This document shows positions 30,174-40,116 of a DNA stretch of 64,000 bases, in pieces. The position numbers and the translations under genes are program-made. The number at the start of each line of letters is the position of its first letter. The stretch's first letter is position 1. The notes below the pieces were generated by a model, which saw only the letters and a list, made by a program, of their open reading frames with translations, searched no databases and had not been told where the DNA came from. Source of the stretch: a virus; IMG/VR virus record IMGVR_UViG_3300027608_000013; one strand, 5' to 3'.

Positions 30174-30877
30174 ATTATTTAGCCGGCGGGAAAATGGGAG
30201 ATTTTATCCATAGTTTACTTGTATGCAAATACAAGTTCGACCAAACTGGAGAAAAATCAAATATATTTTTATCAAATAATGGACATGCATTTGAATATGA
30301 TTTAGAATTTACATTTAATGAATTAAAAACATTAATGATGTGTCAACCATGGGTAGATATATTTAGTATACATGAATCTGAATCAATTGATATTGATTTA
30401 ACCGAATGGCGACATTCTCCATTATTATATCAAACCAATTGGTTGGAAATATATTCAAACATGTATCTAAATAATATTAAAATTCCTAATGAATATAATT
30501 GGATAACGGTTGAAAAAGACGATCGTTATTCAAATTCATTAATGATTAATAGATCTTTAAAAACTATTGATAATAATAAATTACATGTATACGATGATTT
30601 GATTTCAAAATATGACGATGTATATTTTATTTGTTTTGATGTTAAACAATATTATCAGTTCCCATTACATTATAAAACAAAGTTATTACTTGTTGATAAT
30701 TTACATGATTTCTTTATTAAGATTGCTAGTTGTCATTTTTTTATAGGAAATCAATCTGGGCCGTTTGCATGGGCATCGGCTCTAAATACTCCTAGAGCCG
30801 TTGAATTATTAAATATTATTGATAGACAACATTATATCAATGATTCAAATTATTATGAATATTTTAATTATTTTTAA
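30170..30877 (+). CDS. GT9-like glycosyltransferase
   Basis: 'GKMGDFIHSL' and 'FFIGNQSGP..ASAL' motifs. Confidence 0.65.
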   Translation: MNYLAGGKMGDFIHSLLVCKYKFDQTGEKSNIFLSNNGHAFEYDLEFTFNELKTLMMCQPWVDIFSIHESESIDIDLTEWRHSPLLYQTNWLEIYSNMYLNNIKIPNEYNWITVEKDDRYSNSLMINRSLKTIDNNKLHVYDDLISKYDDVYFICFDVKQYYQFPLHYKTKLLLVDNLHDFFIKIASCHFFIGNQSGPFAWASALNTPRAVELLNIIDRQHYINDSNYYEYFNYF

Positions 30878-30879
30878 TT

Positions 30880-31662
30880 ATGCATAACATAGTTTTATAT
30901 TGTAAATCATTTAAACGTGATATTGAATTAGTTAAACGTTTAATGGAATCTATTGATCGATACAATCGCGATAATATTGTAACATATCTAAGTGTACCTA
31001 AACATGATATGGAATTATTTCAATCATTAAATTTAAACAATGTTATTTTAATTGAGGATGAATTAGTATACGAAGGAAATGCTTCTGGTTGGATGCAACA
31101 ACAAATTGTAAAGTCATCATTTTATAAATTAAAATTAGCAAAAAATTGGGTATGTTTAGATTCAGATGCATTCTTTATAAAACCATTTTACATTACAGAT
31201 TTTATATATGAAGATGATATTCCATATACTGTGATGCATGAACAAAAAGAATTATTTACTTGGACTGCTATTAACTCTAATGTATTAGGATTTGATCCTA
31301 AAGAAAGTTTCAATTCCGATCGCAAACGAATCATGGATGTATTTGATAGAAAAGGTCGAATATATGATTTCGGCCCGGCACCTATAATTTGGTCATCTAA
31401 AGTTTGGCTAGATTTAGAAAATAATTATATGATACCAAATAATTTAACTATGCAGCAATTAATTGAATTTTGTGCATCTGAATTTACTTGGTATGGAGAA
31501 GCATTATTAAGATTCAAATCAATACCAATTTATCCCGCAGAACCATTATTCAAAGTTTTTCATTATAAACAACAATTGGAAGAATTTAATAAATTAAATA
31601 TTACAGCTGAATGTATATCAAAAAATTATTTAGGTATCATTGTACAATCAAATATCAATTAA
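30880..31662 (+). CDS. GT-A-like protein (DUF6492-like)
   Basis: 'GWMQQQIVK', 'CLDSDAFF' DxD. Confidence 0.6.
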   Translation: MHNIVLYCKSFKRDIELVKRLMESIDRYNRDNIVTYLSVPKHDMELFQSLNLNNVILIEDELVYEGNASGWMQQQIVKSSFYKLKLAKNWVCLDSDAFFIKPFYITDFIYEDDIPYTVMHEQKELFTWTAINSNVLGFDPKESFNSDRKRIMDVFDRKGRIYDFGPAPIIWSSKVWLDLENNYMIPNNLTMQQLIEFCASEFTWYGEALLRFKSIPIYPAEPLFKVFHYKQQLEEFNKLNITAECISKNYLGIIVQSNIN

Positions 31663-31663
31663 T

Positions 31664-32389
31664 ATGTTAGTAGCAACACTTAATCACAACTTACCAGATC
31701 TAACAGATAATCTTGTTAATCAATTACAACGAGATACATATTTTTCGAAATGCGAACTTATGGTATTAGATAATGGATCTGCAGAAACCATGGCTCAATC
31801 AACAACACATCGTTTAGAACAAAATATTTTCTTCGGAGGTGGATTCAATGTAGTACTTGATTATTTTCTAAATGAAACTAAACATGAATGGTTGTATTTT
31901 TTAAATAATGATTTGATATTCCATGGACCATCTTTTCTAAAAACATCAATTGATAATGCAATTGCTAGCAACGCAGATGTATATTCTCCATCAGTTATCA
32001 ATGCATCAATTGAACAATGCCATTGGAAACAAATGTGGAATTGGGGAAATGGAATGCGATCTGTTAAATGGATTGATTTTCAGTGTCCACTTATACATCG
32101 CAGAGTATTAGAAAAAATACAACAGTTTCCGCATGAATTAATATATGGGTGGGGATTAGATTTTTATACAGGTTGCGTAACGGAAACTAATGGATGGAAA
32201 ACTATAGTAGATGATACGCATACAATTTGTCATTTGAATTCACAAACATTCAAACAAAATAAAATTGATATAGGCGTTAATGATTTTTGTAGGAATGCTG
32301 AAACAAATATGAATACATTCTTTTTGAATTCTGAATTTAATTCATTATATTTTAATATGAGACAATACGGAGAAACATATAATATATGA
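31664..32389 (+). CDS. GT2-like glycosyltransferase
   Basis: 'VLDNGS', 'FLNND', 'GWGLD'. Confidence 0.75.
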   Translation: MLVATLNHNLPDLTDNLVNQLQRDTYFSKCELMVLDNGSAETMAQSTTHRLEQNIFFGGGFNVVLDYFLNETKHEWLYFLNNDLIFHGPSFLKTSIDNAIASNADVYSPSVINASIEQCHWKQMWNWGNGMRSVKWIDFQCPLIHRRVLEKIQQFPHELIYGWGLDFYTGCVTETNGWKTIVDDTHTICHLNSQTFKQNKIDIGVNDFCRNAETNMNTFFLNSEFNSLYFNMRQYGETYNI

Positions 32390-33558
32390 TATCTTTTATA
32401 ATACCTAGTTACAACAATTTGCGACACTTAAAGAATGTGTACGCTAGTATTCAAAAACATGCATCAGAAGCTGAAGTAATTTTATTAGATGATGGGTCAA
32501 CTGATGGCACATGGGATTGGATGCAAGAAAAATATAAACAAGATGAAAAGCTAGTTATATTACGAGCAGATGAAAGAATAGGACATACAATCCTTTACGA
32601 TAAAGGAATTGAATATGCTACAAATGAAATAGTGGGTATATTACATGCTGATATGATTTTAGGGCCAAATTATATTGAGAACATGATAAAGCACTTACGA
32701 CCAGGGAGAGTTGTCTGTGCAACCCGTATAGAACCACCTTTACATCCTGCAGGAAAAGAAAAAATCATAATGGATTTTGGTCAAGATTTTGATACATTAG
32801 ATATTGAGTCATTTGAAGAGTTTGTTATGCATCAACAAGAAAAAACAGTTGATGAAATTAGTTACGGAATGTTTGCTCCATGGATTTTATATAAAAAAGA
32901 TTTCCAAGCTATAGGAGGACATGATCCATTGTTCGCGCCATTCCCATACGAAGACTCAGATATATTTCAACGTTGGATATTAGCAGGTTATGAACTTATA
33001 CAAAGTCGGGATGCACTTGTATATCATTTAACATGTAGAGGGCATCGATGGACTGATCAGATTGGGCAAGATGATGACTATTATAAAAATGCATGTCACA
33101 AAGCTAGTAGAAACTATTTACGGAAATGGGGTAGTTGGATTAAAAATAATGAATATCAATATCCTATTATTACACCTAAATATAACATTGCATTTGTAGT
33201 TCAAAATTGTACTTTATCGATGCTTGAAACATTAGAGCCATGGTGTGATAGAATATACATAGAAGATGATATGCAAGTTATCACTACAGCATATATTGAA
33301 TCAGAACAACCAAATACACGCTTTGATCTTACTAAGCGAATATTCATCATAGGACATAACGATCCACGTGGAGAAAATGATATTGTAGTTGAGTTTGATG
33401 CTAAGCAGCTAAGCAATCACAACTTCCAATATATTCAGCAACTTGCAGCAATTATCAAAGATAGTGGTGCTATAGGTGAGTTTGAAATAGACATATTCAA
33501 AATTACAATATATTCATTAGAGGAACAACAAGATAATCTTATTATTTTGAAACAATAA
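32386..33558 (+). CDS. GT2-family glycosyltransferase
   Basis: 'IIPSYNN', 'LDDGSTDGT', 'LHADM', 'IGGHD..F..EDSD'. Confidence 0.9.
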   Translation: MISFIIPSYNNLRHLKNVYASIQKHASEAEVILLDDGSTDGTWDWMQEKYKQDEKLVILRADERIGHTILYDKGIEYATNEIVGILHADMILGPNYIENMIKHLRPGRVVCATRIEPPLHPAGKEKIIMDFGQDFDTLDIESFEEFVMHQQEKTVDEISYGMFAPWILYKKDFQAIGGHDPLFAPFPYEDSDIFQRWILAGYELIQSRDALVYHLTCRGHRWTDQIGQDDDYYKNACHKASRNYLRKWGSWIKNNEYQYPIITPKYNIAFVVQNCTLSMLETLEPWCDRIYIEDDMQVITTAYIESEQPNTRFDLTKRIFIIGHNDPRGENDIVVEFDAKQLSNHNFQYIQQLAAIIKDSGAIGEFEIDIFKITIYSLEEQQDNLIILKQ

Positions 33559-33569
33559 CATATTTATAT

Positions 33570-33890
33570 ATGAAAATACGAAAACCAAAGTTATTAGAAA
33601 CCGTGAAGGATGTAATGAAGAAAAGCACAAACTTTTTTCAGAGAATGTTGTCAGATTCGAAGAGTGGAGATATATCATCTAAGCGAGTTATCGGCGTTGC
33701 TGGTTTTATTGCATTGACTGCTATGATGTTTATTAATGCATTATATCCAAAGTCAATTGCACCCTCAAATGAATTAGTTTCAGCTATTGAATATATTGTT
33801 ATTGCTGCATTATTTAGTGCATCGGTTGATAAATTTTCGTATAAACATTCAGACAAAGAAATAACAAACCAGCCCCCAACTAAAGAATAA
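33570..33890 (+). CDS. 2-TM membrane protein, holin-like
   Basis: 'SSKR' followed by two TM helices; located upstream of holin and endolysin. Confidence 0.55.
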   Translation: MKIRKPKLLETVKDVMKKSTNFFQRMLSDSKSGDISSKRVIGVAGFIALTAMMFINALYPKSIAPSNELVSAIEYIVIAALFSASVDKFSYKHSDKEITNQPPTKE

Positions 33891-33894
33891 GGCA

Positions 33895-34320
33895 ATGTTC
33901 AATATGAAAACCATACCATTAGTAGCACTTACATTTACAACCACTGTTACATTTATTTGTACATATTTTTATAACTTAACACTAGAAAACTTTGAACAAT
34001 ATTTAGCTCTTATTGCAGTTGTATCAATAGATGGTTTTTTTGGAATAATAGCAGGAATCAAACGAGAAGGATTTAAAACATTCAAAGCAATCAAAGTATT
34101 ACGCACAGCAATTGTTTGGATAATGTTTTTATCAGTGTTGCTATTAGTTGAAAAGGGGTTTGCTGGAACTGCATGGTTGAGTGAAACCGTTATAATTCCA
34201 TTCATTGTATTTCAATTGATTAGTGCACTTAAAAATGCGTCAATGATTGGATGGATACCGTCATCATTATTAAATCAAATATTAGATAAAATAGATCTTC
34301 ACAAAGGAGATCGTAAATAA
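33895..34320 (+). CDS. Phage holin (holin_4-like)
   Basis: Multiple TMs, 'D..FGI..GI', 'SALKNA..IG'; adjacent to endolysin. Confidence 0.7.
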   Translation: MFNMKTIPLVALTFTTTVTFICTYFYNLTLENFEQYLALIAVVSIDGFFGIIAGIKREGFKTFKAIKVLRTAIVWIMFLSVLLLVEKGFAGTAWLSETVIIPFIVFQLISALKNASMIGWIPSSLLNQILDKIDLHKGDRK

Positions 34321-34328
34321 GGAAAGTT

Positions 34329-35204
34329 ATGGTATTAAAACGAGGAAGTAAAGGTCCTGGAGTAGTTACACTTCAAGAATTTTTAAAGATAGCGGCAGAT
34401 GGAGATTTTGGTCCTCAGACTGAGACCGCTGTTAAGATATGGCAGAAGTCCAATGGATTAATTGATGATGGCATCGTTGGTCGCAATACATGGGCTGCAA
34501 TGGGTATTCTAAATACCGACAATGCAGAGAACCTAGAAACGGCAAATGCATTGAGCATTAAAAAATATTGGATGGCTGACGGAACTTATTTTAAAGGTCC
34601 TGTTGCTAAAGATTGGATATTCCTACATCACACAGCAGGTGGACCTAATCCATATCAAGTTGCCGATATGTGGGCAAGAGATAATCGAGGCAATGTAGCT
34701 ACCGAATATATTTTAGGTGGACAAGCAGTTGATGGTAAATCTGTCAAATTAGATGGCGAATTGATTCAATGTTTTCCTGATGGAGGATATGGATGGCATA
34801 CTGGTACTGGTAACTCAGTAATGCATCGCAATTCAGTTGCAATAGAAGTATGTTGTATGGGTCAAATAGTAAACGGCAAAACATATGTTAATACCACAGC
34901 AGATCCAACACAAGTAATCAAATTAGCAAAACCATTCCGCGGATTTCAATATTGGCACAATTATTCAGATGCCCAACTACAAACTTTGGAAAACTGGATT
35001 AAATTTGTTGCTAACAAATATAGCATTGACCCACGCATAGGATTAGTAGAATACGTTCGCGCTAAAGGTGCCGCCGGCTTTGATGTATTAGATGTAGCAC
35101 GCGCAGAAAAAACACCGGGAATGTACTCACATACAAATGTTATACGTGGTAAAGTGGACATGTATCCACATCCAGATTTAATTGATATGCTCTTATCTCT
35201 TTAA
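34329..35204 (+). CDS. Endolysin: PG-binding domain + N-acetylmuramoyl-L-alanine amidase
   Basis: 'LKRGSKG..V..LQ..DGDFG..T..AV..WQ..DGIVG..TW' then 'FLHHTAG', 'SVAIE', 'HT...K.D'. Confidence 0.88.
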   Translation: MVLKRGSKGPGVVTLQEFLKIAADGDFGPQTETAVKIWQKSNGLIDDGIVGRNTWAAMGILNTDNAENLETANALSIKKYWMADGTYFKGPVAKDWIFLHHTAGGPNPYQVADMWARDNRGNVATEYILGGQAVDGKSVKLDGELIQCFPDGGYGWHTGTGNSVMHRNSVAIEVCCMGQIVNGKTYVNTTADPTQVIKLAKPFRGFQYWHNYSDAQLQTLENWIKFVANKYSIDPRIGLVEYVRAKGAAGFDVLDVARAEKTPGMYSHTNVIRGKVDMYPHPDLIDMLLSL

Positions 35205-35205
35205 T

Positions 35206-35553
35206 ATGAATTATAAACACATTGCTATTGCATTTGCAATGTTTCTTGTCGGACAAATCATTGTTTGGATTCAAGTAAATGGTCCTTTGATATGGGATTG
35301 GGCAAAAACATATCGGGTTGCATTAATGTTCCTAGGAATTCCTATAACATGGTTATTTATGGAAGCAACTCGTTATTCAGTAAGTGGGTTTGCTGGAATG
35401 TTTTGGCCCGGCAGGTTTACATCATTTGTAGCTGGAATATTCATATTTACTTGCATGACATATATCTTTCGGGATGAGGCAATCAATATGAAAACTGCAG
35501 TATCATTAGTATTAGCATTTTGCTTGATACTAGTCCAGCTCTTTTGGAAGTAA
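35206..35553 (+). CDS. 4-TM small membrane protein
   Basis: Four hydrophobic helices, SMR/DMT-like size. Confidence 0.55.
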   Translation: MNYKHIAIAFAMFLVGQIIVWIQVNGPLIWDWAKTYRVALMFLGIPITWLFMEATRYSVSGFAGMFWPGRFTSFVAGIFIFTCMTYIFRDEAINMKTAVSLVLAFCLILVQLFWK

Positions 35554-35589
35554 CGGTATTTATATTAAAATATTAAGGACTGATACATT

Positions 35590-37407
35590 ATGACTGATAT
35601 CAAATATAATTTACGAGAAAACAAACAATTACTTGCAAGATTACTAACAGAAGAACCTTTAGTTAGTTCGGAGGCAGATAAATACCCAAAATGGACGCCA
35701 AGTAAAGCTTGGACTGGTACTTATGCTAAGTATGAAAGTTTGTTAAAAGCAATGGGTGCAAAACCATATCCAAGACCTTTTGGCGAACAAGCAAATTACG
35801 AAATGCGAGTTGGCGATGATTATATTCGTTTTTACGATGATGGTACTGCTTATTCAACAAACAATTCTCAAGAAATGGGTTATGGTATTGATACAAAATT
35901 ATTTGCAATGCCAGGTACACCAAATAAACCTAGACTTACATTATATGATAAACTTGGGGGAGAACAGATACATGGGTATATTGAAAACAATAACGGTAAA
36001 TTAACATTTATTCCGCCAGATGCAGAAGACGCCGTAAAAGAAGAACCAGAAACATGGGTTGATTATGTACAATATGCATTATCACTTGTAGGCGTTATTC
36101 CAGGTTTCGGAGATATTGCAGACATTGTTAATGCTGGAATTTCATTCATGCGCGGCAATTATTTAGATGGTTTTATTAATTTAATAGGTGCTATCCCAGT
36201 AGTAGGTAGTGCAATTTCTATCCCATTCAAAGCAGCAATGAAAGGTCTAAAAGGAGTTGGAAATATGTTAGAAGCAGCTTGGCGAGGTAAGCGAGGTGCT
36301 ACAGAAGTATGGGCTAAATTGCATGCATCTGGAACATTGGATCCAAACACATTGAACATGTTAGCAGACGGAATGGGTACAATTGGCAATGTAATTAAAG
36401 GATTTAGAAATCGAGCAGATTGGGTGTTAAGTAATCAAGCTGCAAGATCGTTAGATGAATTTGCAGATTTCATGCAGGCCAATAGGCGAACTGCAAAAGA
36501 TGTGTTTTCTGGATCTGCTAAACGTGCTGATGATTTAGTTCAAGGTGGACAAAAAATGGGAAGAGGTAAAGGCATATTGAAAACTAGAGCCGATGCTGAT
36601 TGGGGTATAGTAAGTAAATTATTACCTAAAAAGTTTACACGAGCAATTGGAAATGCATTTAGTAGAACATTATCAGTAAAAGAATTAGGAAAACTTAAAG
36701 GAGCTATGTATGCAAAATTTGCCCGTAAAGCGGATAATCCAGCTACATTGTCATCTATTGCAAAAACAAATTTACCCGGTGGCGGCGGCTTTGTTAATTC
36801 GTTAGACGGAGCTCGAGATATTGAAATATTTTTACGAGGTATAAAAAATACAGATCCGCGGCAATATGAAATAATAAAATCACAAATTTTATCTAAAGCA
36901 GTCGCTGATAAGAATCCTTTACTTACAAACTTTATAAATAGCGAAACCAATGCATTGAAAACATTTATGACGCAACCAGGAACGTTTATTAGTTCAGCGT
37001 TTTCACGATGGCAGAATATGGCTCCGATAATATGGGGTGACATTAAGGATATGGGCGAAGATGTATTAATGACAGCCGGCATCGAAACGAAAGACGATAT
37101 TAACGGACTATTTTGGCCATTATTCAAAAAAGCAGTAGATGCAGCTGAATATGTACCGGTTGTCGGAGATGCGATTGGTTGGGCTAAGAAAAATGCAGTT
37201 GAGCCTGCAGGTAAAGCTATAAAATGGGCTTCAAAAATTCCAGTAATAGGTGCAGGCATTGCAACAGCTAAAAATGCATTAGGTGTTGATACTGATAAAT
37301 CGTATGATCCAAACGTAGAATTTCAAATAGTACCTGATGATGATCCTGGATTAAAACAACAAGAACTAGAAAAAGAAAAACGTATTCAACAAAATAAAAG
37401 ATATTAA
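35590..37407 (+). CDS. Putative virion protein with pre-toxin TG-like segment
   Basis: 'LSLVGVIPGFGDIADIVNA..RGNY..LIGAIPVVG' PT-TG-like helical hairpin, with further copies near the C-terminus. Confidence 0.55.
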   Translation: MTDIKYNLRENKQLLARLLTEEPLVSSEADKYPKWTPSKAWTGTYAKYESLLKAMGAKPYPRPFGEQANYEMRVGDDYIRFYDDGTAYSTNNSQEMGYGIDTKLFAMPGTPNKPRLTLYDKLGGEQIHGYIENNNGKLTFIPPDAEDAVKEEPETWVDYVQYALSLVGVIPGFGDIADIVNAGISFMRGNYLDGFINLIGAIPVVGSAISIPFKAAMKGLKGVGNMLEAAWRGKRGATEVWAKLHASGTLDPNTLNMLADGMGTIGNVIKGFRNRADWVLSNQAARSLDEFADFMQANRRTAKDVFSGSAKRADDLVQGGQKMGRGKGILKTRADADWGIVSKLLPKKFTRAIGNAFSRTLSVKELGKLKGAMYAKFARKADNPATLSSIAKTNLPGGGGFVNSLDGARDIEIFLRGIKNTDPRQYEIIKSQILSKAVADKNPLLTNFINSETNALKTFMTQPGTFISSAFSRWQNMAPIIWGDIKDMGEDVLMTAGIETKDDINGLFWPLFKKAVDAAEYVPVVGDAIGWAKKNAVEPAGKAIKWASKIPVIGAGIATAKNALGVDTDKSYDPNVEFQIVPDDDPGLKQQELEKEKRIQQNKRY

Positions 37408-37410
37408 TCC

Positions 37411-38463
37411 ATGATAACCGAATACGAAACACAGAGCACACTTAATCCAAAGCTTTGGGATGGATCGAGTCTTAAGCCCGGGCTTCGTGTTAAGTTTACT
37501 CGTATTGCAAAACATTTCTTTGATTTTCTAGATATTCAAGTACCTATCATAGATATTATTTTAATAGGAAGCAATGCAAATTATAATTGGACTGAACATA
37601 GTGATATTGATTTGCATGTTGTTATAGATTATCAAGCAGTAAATAAAAATTTACATCTTGTTAAAAATTACATGATGGCAAAAAAATCAATTTGGAATAC
37701 AAATTATCCATTAACATATCAAGGTATGGCTATTGAATTATATGCTCAAGATTGGAATGATAAATTGCATTCAACGGTAGGTCAATATTCATTAGCAAAA
37801 GGCAAATGGATCAAACAACCTTCTGCAGATACAGTTTCAATCGATGATGATATAATTGATCAAAAAGCGCAACCAATTGAATTTCAAATTGATGCTTTAC
37901 GAGAAACAGATCCTAAACTAGAAATCAAAATTCAAAACATATTATTGCATTTACGCAGAATGCGACAAACGGGTCTGGAATCAGAGGGAGAATATTCTAT
38001 AGAAAATCTAGCTTATAAGAAACTACGTAATACTGGTTATTTAGAACGTTTAAAGTTGATGTTAACTAAGAGTACTATGGCTTCCTTAGATGTTGATTCA
38101 CCTTTACAAGAAGGGAAAATGGGGTCATGCATTGAATCTTTAGCCCATCACATCACAAAGCGGCGAATCATGACAGAAACGGATTGGGAACAGGTAATGC
38201 AGGAAACGGATGCCGTAGAAGATGCAATGGGGCAATGGAAACATCCTGGTCGTTGCACCATGATACCAAGCAATCAAATAACAATGCAACGGGTGGCATA
38301 TCCGGTATTAGGAATTGATGATACTGGGCATTCCAAAATAATGCATCCGGAGAAACAATATACATATCCAGGCAAACGGGTATTTGAAATACCAATGAAC
38401 GGACGACAAAAAACTTTATTAATGCAATTACGTAATGCAATAACAGATTGGAATAGTTTATGA
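37411..38463 (+). CDS. Pol-beta-superfamily nucleotidyltransferase with extra C-terminal domain
   Basis: 'LIGSNANYNW..SDIDLHVV' GS-x10-DxD motif; 'IELY'. Confidence 0.75.
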   Translation: MITEYETQSTLNPKLWDGSSLKPGLRVKFTRIAKHFFDFLDIQVPIIDIILIGSNANYNWTEHSDIDLHVVIDYQAVNKNLHLVKNYMMAKKSIWNTNYPLTYQGMAIELYAQDWNDKLHSTVGQYSLAKGKWIKQPSADTVSIDDDIIDQKAQPIEFQIDALRETDPKLEIKIQNILLHLRRMRQTGLESEGEYSIENLAYKKLRNTGYLERLKLMLTKSTMASLDVDSPLQEGKMGSCIESLAHHITKRRIMTETDWEQVMQETDAVEDAMGQWKHPGRCTMIPSNQITMQRVAYPVLGIDDTGHSKIMHPEKQYTYPGKRVFEIPMNGRQKTLLMQLRNAITDWNSL

Positions 38464-38654
38464 GTGCAAGTAGAGGCTTAGGAGATGACATCAAAAAAAT
38501 AACTCGGGCTACCGGGTTGGATAAACTTGCAAAACAAATTGCACGTATACTTGATGAAGATTGCGGTTGTGATGATCGCCAAACATGGCTAAATGAAAAA
38601 ACAGAAAATTGGCCTATATATAAAAAAAGGAACATAGATGGCAATACTAAATAA
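38460..38654 (+). CDS. Small hypothetical protein
   Basis: 'GLGD.I.KIT.ATG...DCGC..RQ..LN'. Confidence 0.6.
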   Translation: MSASRGLGDDIKKITRATGLDKLAKQIARILDEDCGCDDRQTWLNEKTENWPIYKKRNIDGNTK

Positions 38655-39429
38655 GACCGGTATTACTAATGGCGGTACTATACAATCAGAACATGTAACA
38701 CGTACCATTGATGCATTGACCGGTGGATCTACAGATACCATAGTAGCAACGGGATCATTCTCTGGATCATTAATCGGAACGGTAACAGGCACATTGACCG
38801 GCACGGCATCGTTTGCAACATCAGCATCATACGTTTTAAATGCAACTACCGCTTCATATGCAATAAGTGCTTCAAACGCTACAACAGCTTCGTTTGTATT
38901 AACTGCTCAAACAGCGTCTTTAATTAAAGTAACAAATGATACCAATAGTGAAACACCCCTATATCTAACAGCTATTAACTCTAATAATGGAGCTCTAGAA
39001 CCAGAGCAACTTTTAAATATAGCAGTAACATATACTCCTGATACAAATATATTTGATATTGGTGGTGGTACTGTCTCAGCAGGAGTTTATATTCCTATAA
39101 ACACATCATCTATAGCATTTCAGGGTACAGCATCTTATGCCATGACGTCATCTCGTGCTATCTCTTCAAGCTTTGCAACTACCGCATCATATGTCGCATA
39201 TGCATCTAGTTTTCCATATACCGGTAGTGCTATAATTTCGGGATCATTAACTATGACAGGTTCATTAAACATTAGTGGTAGTATTAATTCAACATCTACG
39301 ATAACTACTGCTAATGATTTTGTAAGTACTAAAATTGGTGGTTCATTGTATTTAAGAAGTGCTAATGGCACTAACTGGCAAATATCCATTACTAATGCCG
39401 GAGTCCTATCAGCATCGATGGCGTCATAA
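38638..39429 (+). CDS. Tail-fibre-like structural protein
   Basis: Repeated 'TAS(F/Y)A' and 'SGSL/TGS' units; Ser/Thr/Ala-rich. Confidence 0.6.
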   Translation: MAILNKTGITNGGTIQSEHVTRTIDALTGGSTDTIVATGSFSGSLIGTVTGTLTGTASFATSASYVLNATTASYAISASNATTASFVLTAQTASLIKVTNDTNSETPLYLTAINSNNGALEPEQLLNIAVTYTPDTNIFDIGGGTVSAGVYIPINTSSIAFQGTASYAMTSSRAISSSFATTASYVAYASSFPYTGSAIISGSLTMTGSLNISGSINSTSTITTANDFVSTKIGGSLYLRSANGTNWQISITNAGVLSASMAS

Positions 39430-39470
39430 TAATAACATTAATGATATTTATATAAAAAAAGGAACAAATT

Positions 39471-39641
39471 ATGAAACTTACTAAAGAACAAGTACTAGGA
39501 ATTATACGTCACACATTAACATTTGTTGGTGGTATTTTTATTGCACGTGGTGTTATTGATGAAATTGCAGCAACTGAAATTATTGGTGGAGTGTTGACAC
39601 TTACTGGTGCAATATGGTCTATCATAGCAAAGAATGCATAA
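39471..39641 (+). CDS. 56-aa 2-TM putative holin (not in ORF track)
   Basis: MKLTKEQVLGIIRHTLTFVGGIFIARG...GAIWSIIAKNA; preceded by TATTTAT motif and AAGGAA. Confidence 0.65.
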   Translation: MKLTKEQVLGIIRHTLTFVGGIFIARGVIDEIAATEIIGGVLTLTGAIWSIIAKNA

Positions 39642-39642
39642 C

Positions 39643-40110
39643 ATGAAACGGCTTAATGAATGTGGTTGTGGTTGTGGCGGTGCTAAAGGCGGATGTCAAG
39701 ATTCACACGAAGGCTCAATGGCAAAACATGATGCAATGGAATGTGCAGAAGATGCCCAAGCAGTTGCTAACATGATTCAAGATGCTGATAATTTACCGGA
39801 GTGGTTGGAATCTAAAATAACATTGGCAGCAGATTATATGAATCGCGTTAAAGATTATTTGACTCATTATATGAATGATAACCATTCTCAATCAATGTCA
39901 GGCTTTGGCGGAAACGTTGCAAAACTACAATTTCTACCGGCAGACTTTACAGCAAAACTTAAAAACGCAATGAATGAGAAAATTCAAAAAGTTGAAGATG
40001 GTTGGGCAGTATATCCTAGCAAAGGTGGAAAGCGGTTAGGAACACACGCAACTCGTAAAGCGGCACTTAAACAATTGGCGGCAATAGAAATTGCAAAACA
40101 TAGAAAATAA
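39643..40110 (+). CDS. Hypothetical, probable head-internal protein
   Basis: Begins MKRLNE; 'LPEWLESKITLA.DY' block and basic C-terminal module. Confidence 0.6.
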   Translation: MKRLNECGCGCGGAKGGCQDSHEGSMAKHDAMECAEDAQAVANMIQDADNLPEWLESKITLAADYMNRVKDYLTHYMNDNHSQSMSGFGGNVAKLQFLPADFTAKLKNAMNEKIQKVEDGWAVYPSKGGKRLGTHATRKAALKQLAAIEIAKHRK

Positions 40111-40116
40111 ATTAAT

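Noticed and set aside
36540-37259. 239-aa minus-strand ORF and the other antisense or nested ORFs in the track
   Set aside because: They are shadows of + strand genes with no recognisable motifs; the whole window is co-oriented on the + strand.
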